A stretch of DNA of 64,000 nucleotides. Source: Caldisericota bacterium. GTDB taxonomy: Bacteria; Caldisericota; JANLFM01. Below are positions 37,952-47,502 of the stretch, piece by piece. The position numbers and the translations under genes were made by a program. The number at the start of each line of letters is the position of its first letter. Positions within the stretch are counted from its first letter, which is position 1. Location of the stretch: the NCBI GenBank assembly GCA_024655865.1, contig JANLFM010000006.1, forward strand, positions 16,183 to 80,182, in the 5' to 3' direction. The notes beneath the pieces are model-generated. The model saw only the letters and a list, made by a program, of their open reading frames with translations, was not told the origin of the DNA and made no database searches.

Positions 37952-39526
37952 TTATTGAACAAGGGGAAGGAATTCTTCCCGGAAGTTTTCCAAAGCAGAT
38001 TTCACAGGCATGATCAGAGATTGCCCCAGAGGACATAGTGAGGAGTACCACAAGGCTTCTGACAGCTTGACCATTGTATTCAGATCCTCCGCTTTCCCTT
38101 TTCTCTCCAGAAGGTGTCCGGAAATGCGGTATAACTCTCGCGTCCCGGAGCGACAAGGAGAGCACTGTCCACAGGACTCGTGACGGAAGAAATAGAGTAC
38201 TGAGTGCAACATTTTTGGGATGGAGGCTTCTTGACTCATCACCAAAATAGCGCCCGACCCGAGGACGGCTTTGTACTGCTTCAAGTTATCGAAATCCATG
38301 CGCACATTGAGGAGGGATTCCGGGAGGAAAACCCCTGCTGCCCCACCCACTAAGGCTGCTTTGAACTTTTTCCCTCCTTTAATGCCCCCTCCGTAGCCAA
38401 AAATAATTTCATAAAGCGTAGTTCCCATCTCAACTTCTATCAGGCCAGGAAAGTTCACGTCGCCTAAAATGGTGTACACCTTCGTTCCGGGACAGGACTC
38501 CGTACCCATAGTGCGGAACCAATCCGCTCCTTTTCTGATAATTGCGGGAATATTCGCTAAGGTCTCCACGTTGTTGATCACGGTGGGACTGCCAAAAAGG
38601 CCTACTACTGTGGGATAAGGGGGTTTAATGCGGGGGTTGCCCCTTTTGCCCTCCAGGGATTCCATGAGCGCGGTTTCCTCTCCGCAGACATAGGCGCCGG
38701 CCCCTTCTTTGATTTCCAGATTAAAGGAGAATCCGCTGCCCAAAATGTCTTCTCCTAAGAGCCCATATTTTCGGGCATCCTCGATGGCCTTGTGCATCCT
38801 GTGCAGGGAAAGAGCATACTCCCCTCTGATGTAGATATATCCTTTCCTGGCACCCACGGCGTAGCCCGCGATGATCAATCCTTCAATCAGTTTATGGGGG
38901 TCACCCTCCAGAATCAGCCTGTCCTTGAAGGTCCCGGGCTCCCCTTCGTCAGCGTTGCAGATGATGAATTTTTCCATAGCCGAGGCCTTGCGCGCTCCCT
39001 CCCATTTAATTCCTGTGGGGAATCCGGCTCCTCCTCTTCCTCTCAGGCCGGATTTCTTGACCTCGGCAATGACCTCATCCGGGGTCAGGGAGAGGGCTTT
39101 TTCCAGAGCAGTGTAACCATCTCGCGCCAGGTACTCCTCGATTTTCTCAGGATCGATTATACCTGAGTTCTCAAGGACCACCCTCTTTTGCTCCCTCATG
39201 GGGCCTATCAGGTCCCTTCTTACTGCCCTAACAACCTCTTCTTTTATGATCAGGTCCTGAACCGGACGGCCCTTGAGGAAATGCTCCTCCACGATCCGAG
39301 GACAGTCCTCAGGTTTCACCTTCCCGTAATATATGCGCTCTGGATAGACTGCCAGAACCACGCCCAGCCCGGTAACTCCCAGGGTTCCAGTTTCCAGAAC
39401 TTTAATTTCCTCCAAGAGGCCTCTCCGGGAAATCTCCTCTTTCAGTCTTTTTAAAACCTCCCAGGCTCCTGAGGCCACGCTTTCGATATCAATCGATACC
39501 AGGACATGACTGCGAGCTAATCTCAT
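37952..39526 (-). CDS. NuoF/HoxF-like FMN/NADH diaphorase subunit (copy 2)
   Basis: GRGGAGFPTG, NADEGEPGTFKDR, GAGAYVCGEETAL and CGQCSPC..C; Cys-less thioredoxin-like N-terminus. Confidence 0.93.
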   Translation of the reverse strand: MRLARSHVLVSIDIESVASGAWEVLKRLKEEISRRGLLEEIKVLETGTLGVTGLGVVLAVYPERIYYGKVKPEDCPRIVEEHFLKGRPVQDLIIKEEVVRAVRRDLIGPMREQKRVVLENSGIIDPEKIEEYLARDGYTALEKALSLTPDEVIAEVKKSGLRGRGGAGFPTGIKWEGARKASAMEKFIICNADEGEPGTFKDRLILEGDPHKLIEGLIIAGYAVGARKGYIYIRGEYALSLHRMHKAIEDARKYGLLGEDILGSGFSFNLEIKEGAGAYVCGEETALMESLEGKRGNPRIKPPYPTVVGLFGSPTVINNVETLANIPAIIRKGADWFRTMGTESCPGTKVYTILGDVNFPGLIEVEMGTTLYEIIFGYGGGIKGGKKFKAALVGGAAGVFLPESLLNVRMDFDNLKQYKAVLGSGAILVMSQEASIPKMLHSVLYFFRHESCGQCSPCRSGTRELYRISGHLLERKGKAEDLNTMVKLSEALWYSSLCPLGQSLIMPVKSALENFREEFLPLVQ

Positions 39527-39981
39527 TTTCCCCTCCGCAAATCATTAAGGACAGAACGAACTTTCTCCGGTGTCAGGTTTCCGTAGACCTCCTCGTTGAC
39601 CATCATCGCCGGAGCTACACCGCAGACCCCGAGGCAGGAGGATAATTCCAGGGTGAAAAGGCCATCCGGGGTGGTCTCTCCCACTTTTATGCCCAAAAAG
39701 TTGCTCACCGTATCAATAATTGACTCGGCGCCCACCAGATGGCAGGGAGGGGATTCACAGATGCGGATGATGTATTTCCCCCGGGGCTTCAGGCTGAACA
39801 TGGAATAGAAAGTGGCCACACTGCTCACAAAGCTCAAGGGAAGGGAAAGGTAATTTGCCGCCAGTTTCAAATCCTCTTCCTCGAGATAGTTCTGAGGGTT
39901 GCTCCTCTGAAGAGCATGGAGCAGGGATAAGAGGTTTTCCTTTCTGGGCTCAAACCTTTTCAGGATTCTCACCTTTTCCAT
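39523..39981 (-). CDS. NuoE/HoxE-like [2Fe-2S] subunit (copy 2)
   Basis: CESPPC...CLGVC. Confidence 0.93.
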   Translation of the reverse strand: MEKVRILKRFEPRKENLLSLLHALQRSNPQNYLEEEDLKLAANYLSLPLSFVSSVATFYSMFSLKPRGKYIIRICESPPCHLVGAESIIDTVSNFLGIKVGETTPDGLFTLELSSCLGVCGVAPAMMVNEEVYGNLTPEKVRSVLNDLRRGK

Positions 39982-40038
39982 AAAGGTCCCTCTTTCCCGG
40001 ATGATCTATTAACCGTTAATTGCTTTTTTCCGGTCATC

Positions 40039-43000
40039 TCAACCTCCTAAAGGAATTCTCACTTTTTCCTTTTCCAATTTTTCGCTCACGACCTCCTTGC
40101 CCCTATCGCACTTCAGGCACCTCTTCGATTCCTCAAGGGCCTCCTGAAGAAGAATCCCCTTATTCACTTCGATGAATGATTTAATTCTCTCCTCAACCAT
40201 TTCCAGAGCTGGAGTTTTCCTGGGGATCACCTTCAGGTATTCCTCCTCGTTGAAAGAGGTCTCTACCACTTCCCTCCTGGGGAAGGGGAATTTTCCTTCA
40301 TACCCGAAGTGTCTGTCAATGGAGAGGGCGGCCTTCCTTCCCTGGCCCACAGCTTCCACAACGGTCGCGGGGCCCAGCACAGCGTCACCGCCTGCGAAGA
40401 CTCCGGTTAAACTCGTCTCCAGGGTATCCTTGTCAACCTTTATCGTTCCGTCCCTATTGGTCTCCAATTCCTCAGCAAATCCTGAAAGCTCTGGCCTCTG
40501 CCCGAGGCACAGGAGCACGAAATCCGCCTCTATTTCGAATTCCGTTCCCTCTTTGGGCACCGGTCTCCTTCTTCCGCTCTTATCGAACCCCTGGAATTCC
40601 ATCTGCACGCACCTTATCTTTTCCACTCTTGTTGATCCGGTGAATTCTATGGGGTTCGTCAGGAAGTAGAATTTGATGCCTTCTTCGATGGCTTCCTCCA
40701 CTTCCGTAGCCTGCGCGGGCATTTCCTCCCTGGACCTTCTGTAGATTACGGAAACTTCGCTGGCCTTAAGCCTTAAGGCAGTTCGGGCCGCATCCATGGC
40801 GGTTGAGCCACCACCGACCACTGCCACCCTCTTCCCCTTGAGGTCCATTTTCTTCCCCAGGTTCACTTCGCGCAGGAAATCAATGCCGCCTGTAATCCCT
40901 TCCAGCTCCTCGCCTTTGACGTTTAACTTTTCTGAGCGGTGGGCCCCTATGCTGATAAAGACAGCGTCAAAGCCCATCTCCTTCAGCTCCTGAAGGCTCG
41001 AAACCGGAGAATTAAGTCTCAGCTCCACCCCTGATTCCACAATCCTGGCGATCTCCTCATTCAGGACATCCTTGGGGAGTCGGTAGTCCGGGATGCCCAC
41101 GCGCATCATTCCCCCGGGCACAGGAAGGGACTCGAACACTACGGGCCTGTAGCCCAGCCTGGTAAGGAAGTAAGCGCAGGAAAGTCCCGCAGGGCCAGCA
41201 CCGACAATGGCCACTTTTTCCTTCCTAAGTTCTAAGGGAGGGTTGAATTGCACGTCGTTTTCTCTGGCCCAATCCGCAAAGAGCCTCTTTACCTCCCTGA
41301 TAGCGATGGGTTCATCGAATTTGCCCCTCTCGCACGGTCTTTCACAGAATGCGGGACAGACCCTGGCGCACACGCTGGGGAAAGGATTGTTCTCCATGTG
41401 CACCAGGAAAGCCTCTTTGAGTCTTCCCTCCGTCATATGGGCGAGGTAGCGAGGGACATCCACACCCGCGGGACAGGCATTGGTGCAGGGGGCATAGAAA
41501 AGCGAAGCGCACACTCCGGCGCGACACTTCTTGTAAAGAACGTGTTCCAGAAACTCTTCAGGGAAATATTTTAAACCGGTAAGGACCGGGTTGGGGGCTG
41601 TCTGCCCCAGAGCGCACATAGAGGAGCTCTTTATCTGTTTTCCCAGTTTTTCCAAAAGAGTTAGGTCCTCCAGCGTGCCCTGCCCGTTCGTGATTCTGTC
41701 GAGAATGCTGTACATTTGCTTCAGGCCCACCCTGCAGGGGGTGCACTGGCCACAGGATTCCGACATCGTGAACTCCACGAAGAACTTGGCCATGTTCACC
41801 ATACAGTTGTCCTCGTCGAGGACGATCATTCCTGCAGAGCCGATTATGGAACCCGTCTTCTCTATTTCCTTATAATCCACAGGCAGGTTCAAAAATTCGC
41901 TCGTGATGTAACCGCCTGAAGGGCCACCCATCTGGATGGCCTTGAATCTTTTCCCTTTGGGGATCCCGCCGCCAATATCGAAGATTACCTCCCCCAGAGT
42001 CAATCCGAAGGGAACCTCAATCAAACCGGTATTGTTCACCTTTCCTGAGAGCGCGAAGAGTTTAGTGCCCTTGCTGTTCTCCGTGCCCATGGAGGCGAAC
42101 CACTCTCCCCCGTTTAAAATGATGTGCCTGATGTTGGCCAGAGTTTCCACGTTGTTGACCAGCGTGGGTTTTCCCCAAACACCCTTCTGGGCAGGATATG
42201 GAGGCTTGAAGCGCGGCGTGCCTCTTTTCCCCTCAAGGGAATTTAAAAGAGCGGTTTCCTCTCCAGCGACGAATGCTCCGGCTCCCATTCTCAGCTCTAT
42301 ATCAAAATCAAACCCTGTCTCTAAGATGTTTTTCCCCAGTAAACCGTATTTCCTTGCCTGTTCCAGGGCAATTTCCAGCCTCTTGATGGCCAGAGGATAC
42401 TCGGCGCGGATGTAGATATATCCGTGGTGGGCGCCTATGGTGTAGCCGGCAATAATCATCCCTTCGATTACCGCATGAGGATCGCCTTCGAGGATTGCCC
42501 TGTCTTTGAAAGCCCCAGGGTCTCCTTCATCGGCATTGCAGACGACGTATTTTTCATCGCCCTTCGCTTCCCGTGTGAATTTCCATTTCAGGCCCGTGGG
42601 AAAACCGGCGCCTCCTCTTCCTACTAATTTCGACTTGATCAGTTCCTCGATCACCTTTTCAGGCGTCATCTCTGACATGACTTTGGCTAAGGCCTCGTAC
42701 CCTCCGTAGGCGATATACTCCTCGATGTTTTCCGGGTCGATTCTGCCGCAGTTTTTAAGGACAACCTTCTCTTGCTTTTCGAAGAAGGGGATCTTCTTTT
42801 TTTCCTCGACGATCTTCGCGGCCTCAGGGGCAGTCCATAAAAGCCTTTTTACGGGTCTTCCCTTGAGGAAGTGCTCTTCAACTATTTGGGGAATGTCCTC
42901 GTCCTTGAGCTTTACGTAAAAGGAACCCTCGGGGTAGACAATCATCACTGGGCCCAGCTGACAGGGACCCATGCACCCGGTTCCCACTATGTTGACTTCC

Positions 43001-43113
43001 TCTTGAAGTTGCCTCCTCTCTAATTCCTCCTCCAGCTTCTTCTTGAACTCCAGGCTGTGCGAGGAGAGGCAGTTTGCTCCCGTACAGATGAGAACGTCCA
43101 GTCTTTTCCTCAT
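40039..43113 (-). CDS. NuoF/HydB-like subunit fused to a GltD/NfnB-like FAD/NADPH oxidoreductase
   Basis: N-terminal [2Fe-2S] (CTGANC, CMGPC), NuoF core, then APCTNACP..CARVCPAFCERPC, GAGPAG, GGGSTAMD..YRR, GVFAGGD and RCLKC. Confidence 0.92.
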   Translation of the reverse strand: MRKRLDVLICTGANCLSSHSLEFKKKLEEELERRQLQEEVNIVGTGCMGPCQLGPVMIVYPEGSFYVKLKDEDIPQIVEEHFLKGRPVKRLLWTAPEAAKIVEEKKKIPFFEKQEKVVLKNCGRIDPENIEEYIAYGGYEALAKVMSEMTPEKVIEELIKSKLVGRGGAGFPTGLKWKFTREAKGDEKYVVCNADEGDPGAFKDRAILEGDPHAVIEGMIIAGYTIGAHHGYIYIRAEYPLAIKRLEIALEQARKYGLLGKNILETGFDFDIELRMGAGAFVAGEETALLNSLEGKRGTPRFKPPYPAQKGVWGKPTLVNNVETLANIRHIILNGGEWFASMGTENSKGTKLFALSGKVNNTGLIEVPFGLTLGEVIFDIGGGIPKGKRFKAIQMGGPSGGYITSEFLNLPVDYKEIEKTGSIIGSAGMIVLDEDNCMVNMAKFFVEFTMSESCGQCTPCRVGLKQMYSILDRITNGQGTLEDLTLLEKLGKQIKSSSMCALGQTAPNPVLTGLKYFPEEFLEHVLYKKCRAGVCASLFYAPCTNACPAGVDVPRYLAHMTEGRLKEAFLVHMENNPFPSVCARVCPAFCERPCERGKFDEPIAIREVKRLFADWARENDVQFNPPLELRKEKVAIVGAGPAGLSCAYFLTRLGYRPVVFESLPVPGGMMRVGIPDYRLPKDVLNEEIARIVESGVELRLNSPVSSLQELKEMGFDAVFISIGAHRSEKLNVKGEELEGITGGIDFLREVNLGKKMDLKGKRVAVVGGGSTAMDAARTALRLKASEVSVIYRRSREEMPAQATEVEEAIEEGIKFYFLTNPIEFTGSTRVEKIRCVQMEFQGFDKSGRRRPVPKEGTEFEIEADFVLLCLGQRPELSGFAEELETNRDGTIKVDKDTLETSLTGVFAGGDAVLGPATVVEAVGQGRKAALSIDRHFGYEGKFPFPRREVVETSFNEEEYLKVIPRKTPALEMVEERIKSFIEVNKGILLQEALEESKRCLKCDRGKEVVSEKLEKEKVRIPLGG

Positions 43114-43124
43114 TATTGGGCTCC

Positions 43125-43487
43125 TTATTCTTCAACCTGAATTACGTACTCGGAGACCACCACCCCATTCACTATGTGTTCTGCCACTATCCTTTTCGCC
43201 ACTTCCGGCGTAACCATTCCATAGACTATCCCGGGTTTTCCAGACTCCTCCACGATCACCACCGGTTCCTGGGAAGCCAGCCCTTTTTCTCCGGTCTGCG
43301 TCACGAGGACGTCTGTGAGATTTCTATTTTCAATTTCCGACAAAAAGGCCCTTAAGGTCTCCCTTGCTCCGGCCGCAATGCCGCTGGTTCCCATTCCAAT
43401 GATGATTTTTATTCTTGCTTTTCCCTCTCTCAGGCTCAGTTCCTGTTGAACCCTTTCTCTTATTTTTCTCAGCTCTTCCAGCTTCAT
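43125..43487 (-). CDS. Thioredoxin-like ferredoxin fold (HydD/HndB-like), Cys-less
   Basis: GMGTSGIAAGA..TGEKGLASQEP..IVAEHI. Confidence 0.88.
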   Translation of the reverse strand: MKLEELRKIRERVQQELSLREGKARIKIIIGMGTSGIAAGARETLRAFLSEIENRNLTDVLVTQTGEKGLASQEPVVIVEESGKPGIVYGMVTPEVAKRIVAEHIVNGVVVSEYVIQVEE

Positions 43488-43552
43488 TCTCCATCCTCCG
43501 TATTTTTATTTTTTATCTTGTAAGTTTTGAGGGATCAGATCAAAGGTAAGGC

Positions 43553-44053
43553 TCAGCGATCGAGCTCCCTTTCCCGGATCCCCTTTATGACATTGACCAC
43601 CTTGAGGGGAGTCAACCTGCCGTAAATCTCCTCGTTAACCATCATGGTTGGGGCTAAACCACAGGCACCAAAACAGCGAGCAGTAGACAGGGTGAAGAGC
43701 CTGTCCTCCGTGGTCTCCCCTACATCGATCTTGAGCTCCTTACAGACGGCCTTCAAAACGTCAGCCGCTCCCTTTACGTGACAGGCAGTCCCCAGGCAGA
43801 GGTTTATGACGTACTTCCCTACGGGCTGTGTGCGGAAAAAATGGTAAAACGTGATCACTCCCAGGATCTGGGATGGGGGAACATGCAGCTCTCTGGAAAT
43901 GAAATATTGCACTTCCCTGGGAAGGTATCCAAAAAGTGACTGGGCTTTATAGAGAACGTTGAGCAAGGCGCCTTTAGAGTTTTTGTGTTCCGCTATGAAT
44001 TCCCTCAGTTCCTGGTACTGCTCGTTCTCAGGAATAACAATCTGCTCGTTCAT
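43553..44053 (-). CDS. NuoE/HydC-like [2Fe-2S] subunit (copy 1)
   Basis: CLGTAC...CFGAC; start at the ATG at 44053 behind GGAGG. Confidence 0.93.
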   Translation of the reverse strand: MNEQIVIPENEQYQELREFIAEHKNSKGALLNVLYKAQSLFGYLPREVQYFISRELHVPPSQILGVITFYHFFRTQPVGKYVINLCLGTACHVKGAADVLKAVCKELKIDVGETTEDRLFTLSTARCFGACGLAPTMMVNEEIYGRLTPLKVVNVIKGIRERELDR

Positions 44054-44165
44054 TGAAACCTCCTGTTCAGTTGAGGGCTTTTTCAATTAGCCAATATTTT
44101 ATCAAATATTTTACTCAGGATTACTTTATTTAAAATGCTTCCTGAATTCAAGGCAAATATTTTTC

Positions 44166-44726
44166 TTAATCTTGTTCAGGAAAGATCCTCTCCAGCTCCT
44201 TTACTTTCTCATTTATGAATTCTCTCAAAAACTTAATCACCGAGGGATGAGAAAGGGGCACATCATTTAAAATCGCTTTTATTTCTCGAGTGTCCAGAAC
44301 CAGTTCCCTTCCGTTTTTTAAATAGCGGAAAAGGATGTCCGCTCTTTCTGAAGCGTAAACCAGGGCCAGTATGGTCCCGCGCAAATCCCCCAGCGGGGGA
44401 AGGTCAATATGGCTGCGCGGAAATTGTGCTTTTATCCTCGTGCCTTTCCCGGCCTGGGATTTGACCTTTAAATCACCTCCGGTGGAGAGGGCCGTCTGCT
44501 TCAAAAGGGGAATTCCCAGGCCCACTTTCTTTCCGGACTTGGTGGTGAAAAAGGGATCTTCCACCATTTTCAGAGTCTCTTCATCCATACCCCGGCCGTT
44601 ATCTTCCACCGTGATCTCCAGAAGATCCTCCTTGATTCGTTCTCTGATCTCTACGGAGATCAAGCTGGCTCCTGCGCTAATCGAGTTCTGCACAATATCC
44701 AGAACGTGGAGAAGGAGTTCATCCAT
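44166..44726 (-). CDS. Stand-alone HATPase_c (histidine-kinase-like ATPase) of hydrogenase regulatory clusters
   Basis: LHVLDIVQNSI, DNGRGM, DPFFTT, GLGIPL and HIDLPPLG. Confidence 0.9.
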   Translation of the reverse strand: MDELLLHVLDIVQNSISAGASLISVEIRERIKEDLLEITVEDNGRGMDEETLKMVEDPFFTTKSGKKVGLGIPLLKQTALSTGGDLKVKSQAGKGTRIKAQFPRSHIDLPPLGDLRGTILALVYASERADILFRYLKNGRELVLDTREIKAILNDVPLSHPSVIKFLREFINEKVKELERIFPEQD

Positions 44727-45510
44727 TTCCTAAGGGTTCCCTCCCGATTTCTAAGCGGATTATCCCTCTTCCCCCTTTCCCCTCCAGAGCGTACCTCAAT
44801 TCTTCAAGGGTGGGGCTTTCCATCTGGAGTACCGTTACCGCCCTGCCGATTTCCTCGGGATAGTGGGCATCGGAAAAGGATACCAGAGGATACCCCAAGA
44901 GGTCGCGCGCTGAGGGATTCTTTTTCAAAAAGGCGTGGGAGACCTCAAGGGCAGGAAAGTGCAGTTCAGGAGGGATAAATCCCAACTGCCCGGCAAGGCT
45001 GAAGTGAAAGGAGTCCACATGTGCGGGAATAACCAGTCCTCCCATTTTTGTAACAAGGCGCGAGAGGCCCTCCAAAGAAATCGCCACGGAGTTCAGAAGA
45101 AGCTTCTCCTCAAAATAGATCACGTTTTCCTCCTCGTCCACGGCCACCTGGTCTCCAAAGTGCTGAGGGTCGTTCTTCACCTGCGGGAGACGGTCGTAAA
45201 TTTCCTTTCCAAAAAGTTCAAAGGAGGAGGGGTCATCAAAATAAACGAGGAGGTGCGCCTCCTCCTGAGTTTGCACTTCTATTCCATAAAAGAAGGGCAG
45301 GCTCCTCTTCCGCGCCATTTTTCCCAGCGTTACGCTGTTTAAAGTTGCGTTGTGGTCTGTGATGGCCACTAAATTTATCCCCATTCCCACTACACTTTCC
45401 AGGATGCGCGAGGGGGACATTTTCAGGCTTCCGCAGGGGGAAAGCGTGGAGTGGATATGAAGGTCAGCGCGGAATTTTTCCACCTTGAAGCAACTGGAAA
45501 ATTTTTCCAC
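44719..45510 (-). CDS. PHP-family phosphoesterase
   Basis: DLHIHS, ITDHN, PAHVD and SDAH; true start is probably a few codons downstream. Confidence 0.92.
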   Translation of the reverse strand: MEKFSSCFKVEKFRADLHIHSTLSPCGSLKMSPSRILESVVGMGINLVAITDHNATLNSVTLGKMARKRSLPFFYGIEVQTQEEAHLLVYFDDPSSFELFGKEIYDRLPQVKNDPQHFGDQVAVDEEENVIYFEEKLLLNSVAISLEGLSRLVTKMGGLVIPAHVDSFHFSLAGQLGFIPPELHFPALEVSHAFLKKNPSARDLLGYPLVSFSDAHYPEEIGRAVTVLQMESPTLEELRYALEGKGGRGIIRLEIGREPLGNG

Positions 45511-45811
45511 TCAGGGTAAAGGCATCATCCGGACTTCCTAAAAGCCAGATCCCCTCTTCCTCAGCTTTCTTCATCACATCCTCTTCCGGAAGTAGCTCCT
45601 GAGCGATGATTATTGCGGGAATTTCCTTAAGCGCTGCTACGGCCACGATGTTCACGTGCCTTTGCACGGTAATCCACAGGGCCCCAGAAGGAGCGGAACC
45701 AATCACCAGGGAAAGGAGGTCCCCAGTATATCCCTTATCTATGGAAGCTTCTTTCCCGGTGGCATACACCTTTAAATTTAAATGGTCGATTATTTCTTTA
45801 ATACTCACCAT
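45464..45811 (-). CDS. DRTGG-domain protein
   Basis: GYTGDLLS..WITVQ.H.NIVAVA. Confidence 0.9.
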   Translation of the reverse strand: MVSIKEIIDHLNLKVYATGKEASIDKGYTGDLLSLVIGSAPSGALWITVQRHVNIVAVAALKEIPAIIIAQELLPEEDVMKKAEEEGIWLLGSPDDAFTLSGKIFQLLQGGKIPR

Positions 45812-45863
45812 TTTCAGCTACACCTCGCTTCTAATTTAGCCCGGGGGCAAACTAACCCTTCTT

Positions 45864-47075
45864 TTAGAGGAAGATGCAGTCCTCAAGAGAAGCTTCGCCC
45901 TTGGCAACGTCCTCTGCCAGTGCCCTGCAAGTGGGAGCACCACATGACCCGCAGTCTATTTTGGGAAGTTTCTCGTAGAACTTATCAATCATCTTCAGGA
46001 GCTTGGCGGCGGCTTCCATATTTTCGGAGAGAAAGTACTGCGGTCTTGGTTGGATGGGCATAGTTAAATAGAGAAAATCCGCCATATCCTCCCTGGAAAG
46101 AGGGGAAATCGCATTTTCCCTCTTTCGCTCTTCCTGCTCCAGACGGTAAAGGTTCAAAAAGGAGTCCCTCTCAGGGAGGAGGATGCCCCCCACGCACCCA
46201 TTGGGACAGGAGCGGCCTTCAATCAGGTCAAGGGCGGGCACCTTTTCCATCTCGAGCTCTTTTAAAAATCTGACCACGTTGGTGATCCCGTCAATCGCCA
46301 GCACCCTTAAGGGAGAGAGGAATTCCTTTTCCCCGCCAATTCTGCCAATGGCTACCCCGCTCGGACCCGAAAGGTGTACTTTCCCCGAGGTAGTCTCATT
46401 GACCCTGAGGATTTCCCGATAGAGGATATTCGCTGCGATCACACCATCGTAAGGGGATTTCTCGATCCCCTGGGGGTTCCTGATGGCAGTAATTTTGGCG
46501 GGGCAGGGTGCAAGATAGAAAAGCCCCGAATTTTTTCCTAACTTACGCCTGACTGTGGCCCCCAAAATGTCCCTGGGAGTATTCAAGGGGGAAAGATGTG
46601 AGAGCAGATCAGGAAACCTGACCTGCATCAGCCTGATCACGGCCGGGCAGGCGACGGAAATCAAAGGTTTCTTCACATTCCCCTTTGTCAGGATGCGGCG
46701 CGTTTCCTCTAAATAGGCTTCCTCGCCTATCCCCTCCTCGTAGACCTCCTGGAACCCCAGGGCAAAGATTCGGCCCATTACTTCGGATGTGCTTAATCCC
46801 AGGAAATCCAGGGAGAGAAAGGCGGGAGGAATCACCAGCACTCTGTATTCGTAGTGAGAGAGAACCGAAAGGTCATCGGTTAAAACCTCGTTCGCTCCCC
46901 AGGGGCAGAAGCGCACGCAATCGCCGCAATCAATGCACTTTAAATCCTTGATTTGAGCTAAACGGTTTCTCACCCTGATGGCCTCTGTGGGACAATTGCG
47001 CAGGCAATGGGTACAGCCCTTGCACACGTCCTCCTTTATGCGCAGTGAATGGAAATAAAGGTTAAACGCTGGCAT
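45864..47075 (-). CDS. [FeFe]-hydrogenase-like putative sensor (HfsB/HydS-related) with ferredoxin and C-terminal FeS domains
   Basis: Two CxxCxxCxxxCP, altered H-cluster motifs ISVACPA, APCPAK and RSCPNGCVGG, and C-terminal CGSCGAPTC. Confidence 0.85.
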   Translation of the reverse strand: MPAFNLYFHSLRIKEDVCKGCTHCLRNCPTEAIRVRNRLAQIKDLKCIDCGDCVRFCPWGANEVLTDDLSVLSHYEYRVLVIPPAFLSLDFLGLSTSEVMGRIFALGFQEVYEEGIGEEAYLEETRRILTKGNVKKPLISVACPAVIRLMQVRFPDLLSHLSPLNTPRDILGATVRRKLGKNSGLFYLAPCPAKITAIRNPQGIEKSPYDGVIAANILYREILRVNETTSGKVHLSGPSGVAIGRIGGEKEFLSPLRVLAIDGITNVVRFLKELEMEKVPALDLIEGRSCPNGCVGGILLPERDSFLNLYRLEQEERKRENAISPLSREDMADFLYLTMPIQPRPQYFLSENMEAAAKLLKMIDKFYEKLPKIDCGSCGAPTCRALAEDVAKGEASLEDCIFL

Positions 47076-47502
47076 TGGGAATATCTATTTCAAAAATCAC
47101 TTTCGTGCCCTTTCCGGGGTGGCTCTCAATAAGCAATCGGTCGGCATTTTTCTTGATATTGGGTAAGCCCATCCCTGATCCAAAACCCATTTCCCGAATC
47201 TCCGGAGGAGCAGTGGAGTATCCCTCCTTCATGGCTAACTCCACGTCCTCGATCCCTGGTCCGCGGTCCGTGGCGGTAACCCTGATCATTTTCGGATAGA
47301 CTTCAAGTAAGAGCTCTCCTTTTTCCGTATACACGATGATGTTCATTTCCGCTTCGTATGAGGCGATGGCTGTCCTTTTTATAACCTGGGGATTGATCCC
47401 CATGCGCTTTAAAGCCTCCTTTATGTCTGAAGAAGCCTCACCCCCGTGCTCAAAGTCTCGCCCCTGAATCTGGTATGTGTGGCTGTAAAGCAGGTCGTTC
47501 AA
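47062..47502 (-). CDS. Anti-sigma-factor-like Ser/Thr kinase (RsbT/RsbW-like)
   Basis: YEAEMNI, DRGPGI, GYST and GMGLPN. Confidence 0.92.
   Translation of the reverse strand: MNDLLYSHTYQIQGRDFEHGGEASSDIKEALKRMGINPQVIKRTAIASYEAEMNIIVYTEKGELLLEVYPKMIRVTATDRGPGIEDVELAMKEGYSTAPPEIREMGFGSGMGLPNIKKNADRLLIESHPGKGTKVIFEIDIPNASV

Noticed and set aside
44086..44165. Rex operator upstream of nuoE1 (repeated AATATTTT; TTGATAAAATATTGGCTAA)
   Set aside because: Only a weak match to TTGTGAA-N4-TTCACAA in an AT-rich spacer, not distinguishable from chance without a genome-wide model.
45864..47075. Catalytic group A [FeFe]-hydrogenase
   Set aside because: H-cluster motifs deviate from TSCCPxW and MPCxxKxxE, and the gene sits among kinase/phosphatase genes.
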